DNA from: Octopus sinensis
Taxonomy: Eukaryota
Length of the DNA: 64,000 nucleotides
Direction: 5' to 3'
Assembly (NCBI RefSeq): GCF_006345805.1
Contig: NC_042999.1
Span: 69,192,001-69,256,000, forward strand
Shown: positions 61,016 to 64,000 of the stretch, piece by piece
Layout: the number at the start of each line of letters is the position of its first letter
Position numbering within the stretch: the first letter of the stretch is position 1
Translations under genes and position numbers: made by a program
Notes under the pieces: generated by a model
What the model was told of the DNA's origin: nothing
The model's input: the letters and a program-made list of their open reading frames with translations, nothing else
Databases searched by the model: none

Positions 61016-61646
61016 AAGAATTATTAAATAGTATTAGATCAGTCATGAATTTTAAGACTCAAAAGACCAGAGCTGAACCAGGTTTCCATTGTGACTGAGA
61101 TTGCAATATTCTCTCCACCCCTGGATAGGATGCCAGTTCATCACAGGGTTAACTTCCCTGCTATTGTTGGTGTTCATTTACAGCTGAGGGGGAGTGAAAC
61201 AATGTAAAGTGAAGTGTTTTGCTGAAGGACACAATGCACTGCCCAATGAGGGATTTGAAACCACAATCTTACAACTGTTAGAGCAACACCTCTAACCACT
61301 TGGCCATGCACTCTCACATTATTAAACAAGAACGATTTGAATTTTAATCGGAAAGGATTACTAAATCTCATACCCTCACCCTAGAGACCACAAATTCCTT
61401 TTATTAAAACAAGAACTGGTTAAATTTATAGCAAGAAGAATTATTAAGCCTGGCATATTGGCCTTGGAACAAACAATTCATATTAATAAAACTTAGAAAC
61501 CTAAAATTTTCTTTCTGTCAGATAACTCGTGAATACTAATCTTTTCCTTGATAATCTCAAAATGAAATTATTCAGCACAAATATTTTAGTGAAACTGGAT
61601 TTTTAATCTGCCTACCATCAGTTGTCTGTTTTATGAAGATAATTGA

Positions 61647-61685
<39 letters not shown>

Positions 61686-62681
61686 TGTGTGTGTACTTGC
61701 ATGTGTGTGTAATTCTTTGCCTTGACATCATGTGATAGTTTTGTCACTATTGTAAATAATTATTACAAGCAGTGTCATTCATTTCCCATATTCAATGAAA
61801 ACATGTCTGGCCAAGGGGGAATATTAAGTTGCTTAGAAACAAGTAAGGATTGACAACAGGAAGGGTGTCCAGCTTTGGAAAATCTAACCTTCCTCAATAA
61901 ATTCCATCTCACCCATGCAAGTGGATATAAATCCAGTGATGATGATGCATTGTGCCTCATGGATGCAAAGTGGCTGAGATCCTTTCAAGTGTTGGGCCTC
62001 ATGGAGGCAAAGTGGCTGAGTTCCTTTTGAGTGTTGGGCCTCATAGAGGCAATGACTGAGGCCTTCGGTATTATGTCGTGCTTGAGAAGACCCATCAAGC
62101 TGAGTAAAATTGCATTCATGGTAGATACCAGTGTTATGCAAATTGTTACCCATGGTGGTGGCAAGTAAATGCACCCCAGTGTTATACAAATAGCCCCCAT
62201 GCCGGTGGCACGTAAAAGCACCCACTACACTCTCGGAGTGGTTGGCATTAGGAAAGGCATCCAGCTGTAGAAAACCATGCCAAATCAGCATGGACAAGAG
62301 ACATTAAATGATGATGATGATATATATATATATGTATATATATGTATGTATATACTGTTGTATCTGGGGAGAGTCATTTTCTTTTTGTGCCTTATTATTT
62401 AACACACACATCGGTAAAATTTCCACTTTTTTCTTATTTTTATTGTCCTAAAATTTTCGTTGCATCTTGCAACCTTTTCAATAGTTGAGTGCGTTAAATA
62501 ATAAGGCACAAAAAGAAAATGACTCTCCCCAGACACAACAGAATATGCTTCAACACACGAACTCATATAAAGAATCTTGCAAACCAAATCCAAAAACGAA
62601 ATATATGTATCTATATATATACACATACACATGTTTGCGCACATGCATGCACACACACAAACACACACACATACACACACA

Positions 62682-63060
62682 CATGAGGTCTGATCAAAAA
62701 GTATCAGGACTGGTACTGTAAGAAAACTACAACATATATCTATTCAGCATTGAATCTCTCTCAGAGCAGTCAGCTTCTGAAGTCACACATTTTACCCAGC
62801 TTCATTTCCATTGATGGAAACATTCCTGGAACTCCCTTTTTGGCATTGGAAGCAACTGCCTTGTCGCATTCTCTTGGATTTCTTTGATGTCTTGAAATCT
62901 CGTTCCTTTCAAGTTGGGTTTGATTTTTGGAAAGAGGAAAGGGTCATAAGCATAGCCCTTGTCGTCACTTGTTAGGACCATTTTCAAATTTTCCATCTTC
63001 CTTGACATAAAGAGATCCTGACCAGCTGAAACCCGGCCTTCTTTTTGAGATGACCACACT
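62682..63060 (-). mobile_element. Internally deleted mariner remnant
   Basis: VLTSDDKGYAYDP fused directly to FLFPKIK..LKGTRFQDIKEIQ..FQECFHQWK; TIR-like catgaggtctgatcaaaaagtatc. Confidence 0.75.
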
Positions 63061-64000
63061 CTATACACTTCACTTCCAAGCTCTGCTACAAACAACAGAG
63101 GTGAGCAAGAATGTTACAACATGGTGTGCATGTGAGACAGAGTTCAAGATCACTCTGTGCCAAGTGGCTTCACTCTGCGTGCTTTACGTTTGTTACCATA
63201 GTCGAGGGATTACAGTAGTTAATAAGAGATTATCAAATGGGGTGGGGTGGGTAATCATGTATAGTTTTATTGATCTTGTGGTAAAGCTTATATAAATATA
63301 TAGACACACACACACACTTATATATTATACACACATACACATATACATTACATACATATACACATACACACATATTCCAGTTTTAAAATTCTGGTTTCAA
63401 AAATGAAATTTAGTATTGTTCTTAAACATGTATTGATAGAAAGATAAAACATGGCAACACGCTAAACATGCCATTTGTTCAGGGATGTACAACCCGTTAT
63501 TCCTTCCCACTTACCCCATCTTCTTCTGCTTAATCCTATCCCTTTTTTCCTTCTTTTTCTTTGTTTCTTAGGTGAGATAGTCATGGGTGGGTTTTTCCCT
63601 GTATAAATATTGGCTGATATTATCATCTCAGGAATGAATATAAGCTTGTTTGATAACAATATTACGTTTATGAATTTGTGTTGCATGATTATTGATGTGA
63701 AGTTGTGTCTTGAAACAATTATTGATGTATTTCGAAATGGTCGTTTTTTTTTTCCTTTCCCAAATAAACTCGCACAACATATTCTTCACTCGTTTATTAC
63801 TTTTCTTAATCTAACTTCTGTCCAGAAATCTTTTATCACACATCTGTGATCTCCTCAGCGACACTTTCCGTCTTCGTGTGCAATCTTACTCAATGGTTTT
63901 TGATTTTAGGCAGAAGGGCAGCAGTTTTGAGGGAAGGGGTTACTTGATTACATTGACCTCAGTATATGACTGGTAGCTATATGTTATTGACCCTGAAAGC

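Overview
AT-rich, microsatellite-dense eukaryotic DNA; the repeat families and (CA/TA/GAT)n density point to an octopus (coleoid cephalopod) genome (inference from recognised repeat types, no database search). No host protein-coding gene can be confidently identified; almost all listed ORFs are low-complexity or repeat-derived. Supported content: dozens of tRNA-derived SINEs, 5'-truncated RTE-clade LINEs with (GAT)n tails, a BovB-like RTE end, R4/Dong-type RLE retrotransposon fragments in (TAA)n, mariner (DD34D) and maT (DD37D) remnants, hAT/TTAA/TA MITEs, a Merlin (IS1595/ISXO2-like) transposase core with an intact DDE triad, and a ~24-copy 159-bp satellite with a higher-order variant pattern and one nearly stop-free frame. 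Most interesting: five Penelope-type minimal hammerhead ribozyme motifs. Two sit in a recurring tRNA-head + (AAT)n + hammerhead element with an inverted 5' end, a candidate Penelope-mobilised SINE/retrozyme. One (34783-34873, minus) keeps a complete core. Also present: two long fold-back palindromes and a CpG-retaining domain at ~15.5-23.9 kb that may mark an unmethylated promoter/intergenic region.
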